Assembly (NCBI GenBank): GCA_001244265.2
Contig: CDLV01000012.1
Coordinates: 620,001-684,000, forward strand
Direction of reading: 5' to 3'
DNA from: Microbotryum violaceum
Taxonomy: Eukaryota
Length of the DNA stretch: 64,000 nt
Shown: piece by piece, positions 1 through 13,026 of the stretch
Layout of the letters: each line of letters begins with the position of its first letter
Numbering within the stretch: the first letter of the stretch is position 1
Notes under the pieces: generated by a model
The model's database searches: none
What the model was told of the DNA's origin: nothing
What the model saw: the letters and a program-made list of their open reading frames with translations, nothing else
Translations under genes and position numbers: made by a program

Positions 1-1
1 C

Positions 2-226
2 ACCAAGTATAATCCAATCTGGGACCAGGTAGATGCATCCGTTGTACTCAATACCATGGTCCAAGATTGGGACCCAGCTACTCGAGCTGAGGTCACGCAC
101 AATCCAAAACTGCGTATTATGCGAAGTCGTAGCCGAGCTCCGAACCTCGGCGACATCGTTAATGCACTTAACAAGAAGGTTCTCCATGGACCCAGCATAT
201 CCCCAATCATGCTTTTCAGTTCCTAG
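2..226 (+). CDS. Possible 3' end of an unknown ORF entering from the left edge (TKYNPIWDQVDAS...PIMLFSS*)
   Basis: Frame is open from the window edge to TAG at 224-226. No recognisable motif. Confidence 0.25.
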   Translation, partial: TKYNPIWDQVDASVVLNTMVQDWDPATRAEVTHNPKLRIMRSRSRAPNLGDIVNALNKKVLHGPSISPIMLFSS

Positions 227-343
227 CCGAGCGCTACTTAGCTCGCATGCATTTGTTGTTCGCGCGCAGACGAACAAATGCCGATCACGTCGTCGTCACC
301 GATCGCGTCGGATTGTGAAACGCTAGACTGGGTTGCGACTCGC

Positions 344-445
344 CTCTGTAGATACCTAAAATGATACAGTGTGGGTGCCCGGATACCGATTTGCACTAAT
401 TAGTGGGTGTCCGGATACCGAACAAGCCGTGGGGCCCCAGCTACC
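344..445. repeat. Degenerate direct repeats about 30 bp apart (GTGGGTGYCCGGATACCGA) around a 12-bp palindrome; possible DNA-transposon subterminal region
   Basis: Copies at 371-389 and 403-421, a degenerate copy at 429-445, and palindrome CACTAATTAGTG at 394-405. Confidence 0.55.
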
Positions 446-689
446 TTTTTATGAACGCGGCGAGAGGTCGGCTAGCCCTTCTTGGCCGTTCTCTGAGAGC
501 TGCCGAGCCCTTGTGCCGGTAGGAGGATCAGACTAGGCGGTCTGCCTCCACGAGCCGATCGCTGCCTCGACTCTCAGCTCGGAAGCCAGCTCCTTCATCA
601 ACCGAGCAATTGCATATAGGCAATAGGCATAATCTTGAATTCCATCAAGGTCTTCTCTGTGGTATGGTAGCACCCTTGCATGTACCCAA

Positions 690-1847
690 TCAAGCCACGA
701 CCGTGTCCTCCACTGCAGCTGCGACATCCCCCTTCACGTCAGCGGAGGTCATCGTCGCGCCAACTCCGAGACTGGCCAACGCGTCCAGTTCGCCCTTCTT
801 AATGATCTTGGGAGTCTTTACGATGGTGTCGATGGTCGTGTACCCGACGCGTGGCGGGGAAGTCTTGTCGATGACCTCGGTCGTGACGGGGAGTTTGGCT
901 GCGGCGAGCTTCATGACTGCGTTAGGCGAAAAGAGATCGGTAGTCAGTTTTGCGGAAGCAGGTTGACCGATCCCTATCCTTTTCAACGCACCAGCATGTG
1001 CAATCTCGGGCCTGAGGTTGGGCCCACCGACTTCAAAGATGACACGCCCGACGCCAGCTCTAGTTGTACCGGACCGAGAAGGAAATTTGAGCACCGAGTT
1101 GAAGAGCAAGTCTTTTAAAGGAATGAAATGCTCAACTAACCTGCATGCCCAAAACTCGAACGTTCCTTTACCTTTCCCCATACGTGTTTCGTTACCCTGT
1201 CAAATGGAGAGTTGCATATACGGTGTCAGCACGCCTGCAGCGCTACTCGTCGAACCCCTAAGTATGTTCGCAATACGCTTGGACACTGACCTTGATGCAA
1301 ACGGGGATATCCGGGAAAACCCTCAAGTATCTAAAGAGACGAAAAAAACCCCGTGTCAATTTCTCTATGCGTAGTAAGTCCCCCGTTCGGGCGTCATCGG
1401 CGCCGAAACTTACACCTTGCTCCCCCTCACGGTCTTGAGCCCCCTCTTCAACGCGGCCTCGGCGCTCTCGAGGTGCTTGGCACTCAGTCGACAAGGTTCG
1501 TTGACGCGCAGACCAAAGTCGCCCCATTCGAGTGTGGTCGCCTTAGTCGAGCCACCGAGGGCGATGGGCAGTCGTCCCTTGTGCGCCTTGCGGTACTTTG
1601 TCCGTCGGGGCATGAGCGCCTTGTGACGTGCTTGCATGCGTGGTTGGAAGAGGGGAAGTGGGTGGGCATAGGAGGATGAGGAGGGGGAGGGAGACAGAGA
1701 CGATGATGAGGTGAGGGACAGCGATGAGCTGGACAAGAGCATCATTGCTCGTGAAGTCGACGAGGATGAGGACGATGTCGCAGCGGGGCCGAGTGTCATC
1801 CTCGACAGGTTCGCCAAGAATGTTGTAGGGCGAAGGAAGGACGCCAT
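690..1847 (-). CDS. MRPL16: Mitochondrial ribosomal protein uL16m, 5 exons
   Basis: Motifs PRRTKYRKAHKGR, YLRVFPDIPVCIK|GNETRMGKGKG and GRVIFEVGG. Ser/Arg-rich presequence. GT-AG introns. Confidence 0.95.
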
Positions 1848-2178
1848 CCCGTGGAGTGGATCGAATGGGTGGAAACGTTAGGCGGTGGGTGTAGGGAGGA
1901 CGCGAGCGGAGCTGTGAGCGAGACGGAGGTAAATCCAGGCGAGCCTGAGCCAAAGCTGAGCCAGTGGTGAGCCTCACGTCAACGCGCGCGGGTCGCGCAC
2001 GGACCGCCTGTGCGCGATTTCGCACTGCACCAGCGGCGCTCACGGCTCCATCAACCCGAGTCGCAGCACCGTCTTGGCTCGGCTTCGTTTCACGCTCTCC
2101 TCTCGTCCTGCGGCATGCGATAGCGCCCTTCCTCAGCACCACGTCCTTTTCGCTCATAGAGGCTGGTGCAAGACAAAT

Positions 2179-3547
2179 ATGGAGGCAGAAGGGGACGTGT
2201 TCGAGCACGCGCCGGCGAAATCGGCGCTCAAGGACGTGGCCTATGGATCCGTAAGCGACAGCTCCGCACATCCACTGCGACTCGCTCTGTGGCTGATACA
2301 CGCCGTCGTCCCTCAGGCCGCAGGTATTGTCTCCAAGCTGTTCGAACATCCCTTTGATCTCGTCAAGGTACGCTGGCTGACTGTTCTGCATCGAAACTGC
2401 TCAAGCTGACGTACCGCTGTGCTCGACGCTCCCATCAGGTCCGATTGCAATCACAACCTTTCGATCAGCCACTCAAGTTCAACGGACCATGGGACTGCAT
2501 GATCAAAACCTTCAAAAAGGAAGGCCTGCTCGGCTTATGGAGGGTCAGTCTACGGTGCACTCTGCACGGCTGAGCTCCACTGGTCTCCTCGGCACTCTTC
2601 GGCTGACCTTGAGCGATCCGTCTCCTCCATCGGCTCACCACCGCGTGACACGTCAATTTTTTCGGCTGCAACTTCGATTGGCCGACGTAGGGTGTTTCCA
2701 TGCCAGTCGGAGGCGCCATGGCCGAGAACGCGACCCTGTTCGTCGTCTACAACCAAACCCAGGCCTTCCTTCGTCGTCTGTCCCCACCCTCAGCGCCCCT
2801 CGACCCCTCCGCCGCGCCCGTGCTCAATTTCTCCCATCTCGCCATCTCCGCCGCCGCCGCAGGGGCATGCGCCTCCTTCGTGCTGACCCCGGTCGAGCTC
2901 GTCAAATGCAAGATGCAAGTTCAAGGCTCGTTGCAACCTTCCTCCGTACCCCAACGAGGCCCCGTCTCCATCTTCCGTTCCATCCTCAAAGTCGACGGTA
3001 TCAGGGGACTCTGGCTCGGTCAAACGGGGACCCTGATTCGTGAAACCGGTGGATCGGTCGCGTGGTTCTCCACCTTCGAATTCTGTTCGTCCCAACTCAT
3101 TGAAAGAAGGCATCGAGCAGGTCAAGTGTCTAAAACGGGCGCACGAGTGACCAAAGCCGATTTATCCGCATTGGAACTCATGGCTTCAGGAGCGGCCGCG
3201 GGTGTATCGTACAACTGTGTTCTCTTCCCAGCGGATTGTATTAAGTCGACGATTCAAGTTGAGGACGAGATGAAGGGGGCCAGGAAACTCGGGGAGAAGA
3301 GGAGGTCCTTTGTGCAAGTTGGGAAGGGTATCTATAGAGCGAGGGGGATCAAAGGGTTGTATCAGGGGTGTGGATTGACTGCGTTGAGGGCAGCACCGAG
3401 CTCGGCTTTGATTTTTTACATGTTAGTCGTCCTGGGTTTCGTTCTTTGAGGGCGTTGAGGGCAAGAGTACGATGCTAACTAACATCTTTCTTGACGATCC
3501 AATCGCGCCCCCACAGTTATAGTCGGTTAGAGAGCATGTTTGGTTGA
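2179..3547 (+). CDS. Mitochondrial carrier (SLC25), ornithine carrier ORT1/Arg11-like, 5 exons
   Basis: Three signature motifs HPFDLVKVRLQ, TPVELVKCKMQ and FPADCIKSTIQ, plus GAMAENATLF and RETGGSVAWF. Confidence 0.9.
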
Positions 3548-4005
3548 GACCGCAAGAGAAGCGGCGTATCCTAGACTTGGAAATTGTTGGTTAAGTTTAT
3601 GTACCAGGTTGTGCAACAGACGGACAATTACTCAGATCCAGGTGTCACGCGAAGGGGGTTGCGCTCGCTCGCCAATGTTGAGCCGACTAGCAGGCCTGAT
3701 ATTTTGTTCGGTCCGGTCCGAATAAACGATACCGAAGCTTGTCGAGATTCTCGAAACAGGCTGTCTTCGGATAATATACTATGGGATCTGGAGTAGGACA
3801 CCATCCCCTCTGCACCAAAACTTTCTGGGGCTTCCGGCTGTTCCCCGTCAATCGGCCGAGATCTGTCTCGGAGACGTCTTATTGAAAACAGTCCGCGAGC
3901 GGGATCGTCGCGCGCCGTATCTCACCTTCTCGCTTCAACAAGGCTTCAACTCCAAGCTTCACAGCAGACGATTATCCAATATCTAGATCTCATCCCAGAC
4001 CCACC

Positions 4006-5362
4006 ATGTCCAATCCCACCGGAGTGGTCGCATGCATCGACTTTGCGCAACTAGGACACTCGCCCGCTCTGCTCGCTGCGGCGCTCAAAGAAGCGATGGG
4101 CAAGACTGGGTTCATTTTCATCAAGAATCACGGGCTGGAGCAAAAGGTCAAGAAGATGTTTGCCATTTCTGGTGAGCGAGAGAAGGGAGTTGGGACATAT
4201 AGGTGTTCGGTTTGCGAGGCTTCTTCGCGAATCGGAGAGAAATGAGCTCAGTCAGCTGATACGACTTGTGGGGTGCTCGTTTCGTTAGAGACCTTCTTCC
4301 GGGAGGAGTCGATGGAGGAGAAGCAAAGAACATCTTATCAAAACAATCGGGGGTATACACGGGTGTCCCAAGAAACGTACGTCCAAGCTTTTTTTTTGCC
4401 ACCCTCCTTTCCTCAAGGTGGGCCCCACTACTAGAGCTCCGATCCAACGGCCTGACCATCTTAACCGCGTCACCATAGCCTCGACCCTACCAAGCCCGAC
4501 CTAGACATGAAAGAAGGCTTCAACCTCGCCTACGTATCCCTGACCGACCCACCCCACCCAGTCCAGCCCATCCCCTCCCTCCTCCAACCCCATCTCACCT
4601 CCCTCGCCGAATTTGAACAAAGCTGTTTCGAGTTCTGTCAAACCCTTCTCCGAGCATTCGCGGTCTTGCTCGACTTGAACGACGATTTCTTCACGAGGGA
4701 TCATCAGCATAATGAGGAGTCGGGCTCGATCTTGAGGTTTTTGCATTATCCCAAAGTCGAGAAGGGGCAAAAGTGTTCACCGAACAGGGCTGGGGCTCAT
4801 AGGTTCGTTCATGATCAAAGGCTACGCGTACTCGTTCTCTTGTGCTAATCCTCATCCTTCATCCACAGTGACTACGGTTCCCTTACTCTGCTCTTTCAAC
4901 GTCCTTCAGGAGGCGAGGGACTGGAAATCCTTCCCTCCACCGAACCACTCGATTCCCCCAACTGGCAAAACGTCGGCCTCGTCGAAGACGCTCTACTCGT
5001 AAACATCGGTGACGCACTCGAATTATGGTCGGGAGCTATCCTCAAATCGACTTTACATAGGGTGGTCTTACCTCCGAGGGATGAGGACGTTGATCCGGTG
5101 CAGGAGAGGTTCAGTATCGCTTGGTTCAACCAACCGAAACCGAGCGCGAGTTTGAAAACGGTCGTGCCCGTTTCTCAGATCTCGGAAAGTAAGTCGGTCT
5201 TGGAACACGAAGGGAACAGGACCATGGTCGCTGATGAGGACTTGTCAATATACATTAGATGATCTATCGAGAATGGAGAGGAAAGGCGTGATCGTGGGAA
5301 GTGATATCACGTCAGCACAGCATCTTCAGGCGAGGTTGGCGAGCACTTATAAGTTGAAGTAG
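4006..5362 (+). CDS. 2-oxoglutarate/Fe(II) dioxygenase (IPNS/DIOX_N family), spliced
   Basis: GFIFIKNHG, DMKEGFN, LRFLHYP, AGAH|SDYGSLTLLFQ (HxD), STLHRV (distal His) and RFSIAWF (RxS). Confidence 0.92.
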
Positions 5363-5455
5363 GGTGCTACAAAAGAAAGGTATAGACTAGTATTTGTTGC
5401 GATCAGTAAGGAAATGACACACACACAGAACGTTTTAATGAGTTATTGAGACCGC

Positions 5456-7505
5456 TCAATCATCATACATCTCGGAACTGGTGTCTTCCCAGAACGACCA
5501 GCTCTCCCGTTCCTCGCCCTCGCCCCCCTCGTACTCGAGATCGTTCTCTTCGTCTTCGATCATGCGCTGTAGCAAAATATCGTCTTCATCTGGCTCACTC
5601 GTTCCCATCGTCATGTGCTCATTGATCGTCGTGGCCGCGAACCCCGCCCTCACCATTGAGTTCGAATCGCCTGCCGTCGTGCTTGTCGTGTCCCTTCCGG
5701 TCCCCAGGAAACGATTGGCTGCGTCATCCATCTCCTCATCCTGATCCCCTTCGCGAATGGCTTCCACACTTGTCCCGTTCCCCTGTGCGTCCGTGTCATT
5801 TAAAGCTTCCCCATCCAGTATCAGCATCGGCGGAGCACTCGAAGCTCTAAGAAAGATCTCTGCTGACGGAGGACCTTCAAGTCCTTTCTCCTGAATTGTG
5901 AAAAACGCTGGTTCGACTCTAACCTCCCGTGCGTTTTGAGGTGGAGGCGGAGGAGTCCCAAAGCGTTCTTGCTGGTACCGTCCGATTGTGGGGGTTTCGA
6001 ACGACTTTGGAGTAATTTGCTGAGGATTTCGTTCCGCCGTCAAGGAGGTGTTGGGAGTAGAAGTGAGGGGTCTCATTTCTTCCATTTCGAGTATTGAGTT
6101 CGTTCGAACTTGTTCGCTTGCCATGCGAGCGAGCGCCGCGGCGTATCGATCGTTCGAGGTCGCGGTTCGGTCGATCGGCTGCTGCGGAGGCAGATAACGG
6201 TCGGTGAGCATCTTCGCCTGATCATCGAACGAACAAGTAACGAGTTATATTAACCTGTGGTGGTATCAAAGATGCATTGTTGAAATTCGGCCTCGTCCAA
6301 AACTCGGTCCCCACTTCCGAATCAGACGACTCGGCGAACAAACTAGGCGTACGACGATCGCGATCGGACGATGACGAATGCAGTATCGACTCATAAGGCG
6401 TGACGACATCTTCTTGATCCCAGGGAGTGGGAGCAAGGTCTTGATTGAGTTGATTCAAGTTCTCGAGGGGTGAACGGGGGTGGGATGGGTGGGAATCGTC
6501 GCGGGTAGGGCTTGAGAATAACGACTGCGCACGAGGGATCGGGGGCGGAGTATAGGGTCGTCGATCGTCTTCTGGTCTGTTCGTGGAAAGTCGGTTTTTG
6601 TTGGGGAACCAGTGCAGATGATTGGGGGGTGCTGGTCCGTGGTTGGGTGGGAACAAGTCCATGCGTGTCGGCGAGACGCGAGCGAGTTGGGCTTCGAAGA
6701 ACGGTCGAGAAGGAGTCGGTGGACCACCGAGTCGGACGGGGTTGTGGAGGTCTGCTGGGAGGGAGTAAGGAATAGGTGGAAGTTCCATCGGGTGATGACT
6801 ATTCGCTGACGGGTAGTCGCTCGTGGAATGATCGAAGGCAGGTGCTGGCCGTGCCGTTAGATAATGCGGGTGCGGTGGGTTCGGAGGAGCTGGCAGACTG
6901 TCGGCTTCGGAGAGGATCGAAGCAAGCCAATCTGGTGGTGGTGAACTGCTCCCATGATGAGCATTGCGAAGGTATGTCGACTCCGAATTGACGGTATGGG
7001 TAGGGCCGCGGGCCAGACTCCCGCTCGGACGTGCTGACGAAGTTCGCGGTCGGAGTTGGAGCAGTTGAGGTGACGCTGACTCGAACAACTCCTCGAGTCG
7101 ACGTGGTGCTGTGGTCATTCTCTGTCTCTTGGGTTGTGGACCACCACCAGGATCAGTCTCGGCTGGCTGCCCGACCACGCCACCCTTGAAGGTCGGTGGC
7201 GCATGATCCTTGGCCGCTCTGGACCGCTTGATCCACTTTGTCGTCGCACCTAGACTCCTGCCACCTCCATCGCGCTCGTCGGAAGAAGCCAAATCTTTCA
7301 TTTTGGCTTGTAATCGATCGTTGCGCATGTTTTGGGAGGTCGAAGGGATGAAGGTTGGCGCGCCGAGTCCGCTCGCGCGGGAAGAAGGCTCGGTGGAATC
7401 GCTCGTGCGACGGTGTGACGCGGCGGAAGAGGAGGTGTCGGGGTCGGTGGAGGCGTCCTCTTCGGAGGTGCGCCAACGTCTCGACGAGTGCGCACTCGTT
7501 GGCAT
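5456..7505 (-). CDS. Hypothetical disordered Pro/Ser-rich protein with acidic C-terminus (two ORFs joined by a putative 37-nt intron)
   Basis: Long ORFs 6222-7553 and 5456-6211. First ATG at 7505. GT..AG at 6254-6218 joins them in phase 0. NLS-like PKRQR. Confidence 0.6.
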
Positions 7506-7781
7506 TGGATCGAAATGGAGAAGATATTTGCGGGAGATCAAAAAGCTCGCCACCAGACGAGGCCCAAGCGTGCGGGCTCCCGGAGCAGCTCGCTCAGCCG
7601 GGGCAGGGGCCTCCTCTCTTGACTGCTGTCACTGCCTCCTCCTGCCTCCTGTAGGCCTGTGCACGACGCGCCGCAGCGACCACGCGATCGCCAGGCGTCA
7701 GCCACCTCCCACGCCCAGCCTTTTCCTCAACCTAGTCGCCTTTCACCACCTACTTGCAGCACTCTCGGTCCCACGCTCACG

Positions 7782-9750
7782 ATGCGAGAGTTGATTACAG
7801 TATCCGTCGGCAAGTTCACCCACGCGCGCTCGGGCTCTCCTTTCGACCAGCGCCTAGTACCTCACCCCCACGTCACACCGCTGACCACTGACCACTTCCC
7901 GTGCCACGCTCTACTCCAGGTCAAGCAGGCTGTCAGGTGTCCGAAGCGTTCTGGGACCGAATACTCCGCGAGCATGGGCTGGATCAGAACGGGGTGAGCG
8001 CGTATTGCTCGCAGTACCGGCAGTTTTGAGGCTGCCCGCAGCTGGTCAGGCCTGGACGCTGGGGAGCTGATGACCGACCACGGCGACCACTACGCTCTCA
8101 CCAGATGATCGTTGCCGGCACAGAAGACATGCAGCGTGGAAGAACAGATGTTTTCTTCTCTGAAGCCAGTAAGACGTTCCCACCTCGGTTCCTGACTCCG
8201 TCTCGAGATTGATGGCATTTTTCGTCTGGCTGCTTCACAGCGGATCGAAAATACGTGCCGAGGTCGCTCATCGTCGATCTCGAGCCCGGAACGTCGGACG
8301 TGATCAAGGGAGGCCCGGTGAGTCCGATCATAGCCGGATGCCCAAGGAGTACTTGCACTGATCGGAGATAGTGCCCAACTTTCAAAGCTCGGGAATCTGT
8401 TTGGCCCGTGAGTGCATTTCGACGAGGCGAGGCGAGGTAAGATATGACGTCCGGGACTCTGAGCGTTCAAATTGGATACGTCTCGGAACAGGAAATCCTA
8501 CATCAATGGTTTGGCCGGTGCCGGTAACAACTTTGCCAAAGGCTTTTACACCGAAGGAGCCGAGTTGGTCGACCAAATCACCGACGAGCTGCGTCGACAA
8601 GCCGAGACCACCGATCTGCTTCAAGGTTTCCAGTTGGTGCACTCGATCGGGGGTGGTTCGGGCTCGGGCTTGGGCTGTCTGATCGCCTCCAAGATGAGGG
8701 AGGAATACCCCGATCGCATCCTGGCGACCTACTCGGTCCTGCCCTCACCCAAGGTGTCTGAAACGGTCGTCGAGCCCTACAACGCCGTGCTCGCTTTCCA
8801 CCAACTCGTCGAGCATGCGGACCTCACCTTCGCGCTCGACAACGAAGCTTTGTACGAGATCATGCAAAAAGTCCTGCGCAAGACCGACCCAGGCTATGCG
8901 GATTTGAACTCGTTGATCGGCAAAGTCATGAGTGGATTGACGACCCCTTTCCGATTTCCGGGTCAATTGAACGCCGATCTGCGCAAATTGGCAACCAACA
9001 TGGTCCCCTTCCCTCGACTCCACTTCATGTTGACCGGATTCGCTCCCATCACTTCTGTGGGCGCGCAGGCGTATCGCAAATGGAGCGTCGCCGAACTGAC
9101 GCAGCAATTGTTCGCGCCCACGAACATGATGGCCGCGACGGACCCGAGGGGTGGTAGGTACTTGACCGCGGCGTGCTACTTCCGTGGTCGTAGTGTCTCG
9201 TCGCGCGATGTGGATGATGCGATGCTCGCGGTGCAACAACGCAACTCGGATTTCTTCGTCGGTCAGTTCGAGACCGCTGTTCTCGAACCAGTCTCCGCCT
9301 CGATACAGCCGCTTGCCCTGGCTCCGTCTGATCCAACTGGTTCATATTCACCACAGAATGGATCCCCAACGCCGTCATGACCGCCCTATGCTCTGTACCT
9401 CCTCCCGAGCAGTACCCAATGTCCGGTACCTTTATCGGCAACTCGACGGCGATCCAAGACCTGTTCCGCCGTACGCATGACCTGTTCGCATCCATGTTCA
9501 AACGCCGCGCGTTCTTGCATTGGTACACTGGCGAAGGGATGGAAGAGTTGGAGTTTTCAGAGGCGGAATCCAGTAAGTCTGCCCCCCTGAGTAGTAGGAG
9601 GGATATGGCCAGGCTCAGGGCGTTCGATGCAAGAAGTTGATTCGTCTGGGAGTCTTTGCAGATATGATCGACCTCATTGGCGAGTATCAGCAATACCAAG
9701 AAGCCGATGTTGATGAGGAGGAAGGAGCCTACGAAGAGGAAGAGGAGTGA
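7782..9750 (+). CDS. Divergent beta-tubulin (probably a second, beta2-type paralogue), 8 exons
   Basis: [77 protein letters not shown] and an acidic tail. Confidence 0.95.
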
Positions 9751-10471
9751 GGTGCCATCTCCGAGTGCGGCGGCGGTTGGAGTGGGTCGTGCTTGGGCCA
9801 TTCGCTTTTTCAATAAATAGAACCCTTGCAGAGCCGGTTGAAAGTTTTTATCCGTATGTTCTCTGTGGGGTTTGAATTTTCGTGATGCCAATACCCCTGA
9901 ATTTTCCCCTGCTCCACTACTTTGCCTGTGATGATGTGCCAAATCGGTCAACGATCACTGAGTTCGGCCGAGTTGTGTCACGAGCTTTCACGAGTTTATT
10001 CGCTCGAGTGCGTCGTCGGCTTTGTCCTAACCCGCCGGTCATCTGTGGCGCCCCTGCTCTACGTAGCAAACCCAACGACCTCCTGTCGTGGTGCCACGCC
10101 GAGTCGAGTAGTCGAGAGCTGAGCTCTGTCAGCCAAGTGTCGATCACGTCCCGACCTGGTTCTTCGGCATTTGAAGCGTGGTACGACCAAGTCGAGACTC
10201 GATCAACCTCGATCCGACCTCAGGCCTTCGGTTCGCGTATTGCAGGCCACGGCACCCTCGACTATTTGCATTCTGCACCTTGTTTTACTTTAGTCATTTC
10301 GGTTCTACTTCACCCTCGGTTCAAGGCTAACGCCCGTACTCGACAGAGCTTACGAGGCTGCTCGTAGCTACTCGATCAACTTCGCACGGACCACTCTCAA
10401 ACAGTGCATCATCACACGCATCCGCCGCAATCCATCTTGCACGACGTGAAACCGCTTCAAAAAGAGCAAAT

Positions 10472-12742
10472 ATGGATTCCGATCGACGAAGACCCCAAGC
10501 CTCGACCTCTTCCTCCTTCCCACCCGCCTCAGGCTCATCCAACTCGTCGAGCCACCCGAATGCTGCTCGACCCAGCCTCGTCCCGGGTTCGTCGACGTCG
10601 CGACATACCATGTCGTTCGGGTTCGAGTCGTCGACGCTTCCGCATAGTGCGAGTACGGGCAGTTTGGATAGTCTGAATGGGAGGAGGAGCACGCCCAATT
10701 CACCGAGCAAGAAGAAGGTCTATGGTGATCGGTCAGTCGTCTTGGCGGAGGCGGGCTCGCTACATGCGGGTGTGTGGCGCGGTAACGGGGAGCGATGCTG
10801 ATGTTGGGTTGGATCGTGTACGATTAGGTTCATTCCGAATCGGGATGGCATGGATTTGCAAACGAGCTTCTCGCTCATCCAATCGGCTTCGAGTAGTCCG
10901 CTAAAAGGGAAACGAAAAACGACCGTCACCGACCATGACCATCTTCAAGGTGAGTGCGCCGAGCGTAATAACGATTGCAACCCAACCTTGACACACTTTG
11001 TAAATTCCAGACGATGCCAACAAGACTTTTTCGGCTCTTCTCAAGTCCGAACTCTTTGGGCCCGACTCGGTCGATTCTTCCTCTCTGCGCAATTCGCCCT
11101 CGTCCCGAACTCGATCCGTCTCCCACAACTCGATCACTACTTCACCCTCATCCCCCTCTTCCGGGAAGAAACTGTTCTCGTTCACTTCACCATCAAGGAA
11201 ACGAGTCACGACGGGCGAAAGGGAAAGGGTCATCGGTCTTGACTCGCCGACCCACGAACGGTACAGCGTCAGCCCTGTGAGGTACGAGTCGCAAAAGCTG
11301 TTGTTGTCGCCCAAGAAGCAACAGAGGGCGATGAGTCGAGTCCCTTTCAAAGTGCTGGATGCACCTGAACTTGCAGTGAGTAAGGATACAATGGTGCGAC
11401 TAAAGCTGCCGAGCATCTGACTCTCCTTCCAACTGCCCCAGGATGATTACTACCTCAACCTGATCGATTGGAGCGCCCACAACGTTCTGGCCGTCGGACT
11501 CGGATCGAGCATCTACACCTGGTCGGCGCACACGTCCGAAGTGAAGAAGCTCTGCGACCTCTCGGAGAGCGCAGTACCAGACTCGATCACCTCCCTCGCC
11601 TGGGTTCAAAGAGGTCACCAACTCGCCGTCGGCACCAAGTATGGTTCCGTCCAAATCTGGGACGCGCAAGAAGAACGCGTCATTCGAAAAATGTCCGGTC
11701 ATACGGGACGCGTCGGAGCTCTCTCATGGAACGATGCGATCTTGAGTTCGGGTAGTCATGATCGGTCGATCTTGCATCGCGATGTGAGGGTGCATGATCA
11801 TTGGGTCGGCAAATTGACGGCGCATCGGCAGGAGGTGTGTGGACTCAAGTGGAACGATGCGGGCGATCAGTTGGCCAGCGGGGGGAATGATAATCGGTTG
11901 TTTGTGTATGAAAAGATGAATGAGGTGAGTCTGGCGGAGGGGGATGTACGGGTTGAAGGTTTGGAGGCTGAGTTGGGGAGAAGTTTTCTTCACAGGCGCC
12001 GACTCATCGATTTACAGAACATGTCGCGGCGATCAAAGCGATCGCGTGGTCACCTCATCAGCATGGGGTGTTAGCGTCTGGTGGAGGAACAGCTGGTGAG
12101 TGGGGTTGAAATTGAGCTTTTTGTGGCTTTCAACGCTGAACAGACGTGGGCACGCTCCATCTAGACATGAAGCTGCGCTTCTGGAACACCTCGACGGGAA
12201 CCCTGTTGAACGAGATCGATACCGGCAGTCAGGTATGTTGTACAGGATACCGTGGTCGCTGCGCAGTAATGGCTCACCAGCGCGCTGCTGGGGACGATGT
12301 ACAGATTTGCAATCTTCTATGGTCCAAGAACTCGAACGAACTTGTATCGACGCATGGCTTCTCGGCGGGGCAGGCGCAGAACCAAGGTGCGTCGGTCGTC
12401 CATGCCTTAAGGGTTCTGAGGGGCGCGATCTGATTCTTGAGGTGTACGTCAATTTTTCACAGTCGTGATCTGGAGATACCCGTCGATGACGCAAGTCGCG
12501 ACGTTGCAAGGGCATACGTATCGGGTGCTTTACCTCGCCGCTTCGCCCGATGGGCAGGTGATCGTCACTGGAGCCGGGGATGAGGTTAGTCCCCGAAGAA
12601 TGGCAAGATCATCGAAGGATCTTGTACTGATGCGATGCCTGTCGATTCGCAGACTTTGCGTTTCTGGCAAACATTCCCCAAGAGCAAGAGCGAGCGTCGA
12701 GGGGAGGCGTCGATGCTTAATCCATTTTCGTCGATTCGGTAG
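10472..12742 (+). CDS. CDH1: APC/C activator Cdh1/Fzr1 (WD40), multi-exon
   Basis: C-box [47 protein letters not shown] and C-terminal IR tail (NPFSSIR*). Confidence 0.93.
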
Positions 12743-13026
12743 GAAGAACTACTTTGAAAAGTGTGTTCAGGAAATGGTTGGTGGAGGATTTTCGTTTTAC
12801 CGTTCTTATGTACGCCCCCGACTTTGTTTGGTCGTACATGTTGCTTTGTAGTCTTCTCCGCCTCCATCTTAGATCCTTGTAACCTTTGCGTGCGCATGTA
12901 TGTTGTTCCCTCAAAAACTCGCATGGGATTACACCGCGTTGTTGATACAACATGAAACGACAAGCTTCCTAAAGGAGCAAAGAACCCAAACGCATCGACC
13001 TACTCCTGGCTTGTCTCCGTTGGTGG

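Noticed and set aside
1543-2391. 282-aa minus-strand ORF
   Set aside because: Spans the promoter and the antisense of the carrier and overlaps MRPL16 in another frame. No motifs.
5231-5260. CTGATGAG as a hammerhead ribozyme core
   Set aside because: It is an intron branch site, with no GAAA core or flanking stems.
9049-9951. 300-aa minus-strand ORF
   Set aside because: Antisense shadow of tubulin exons.
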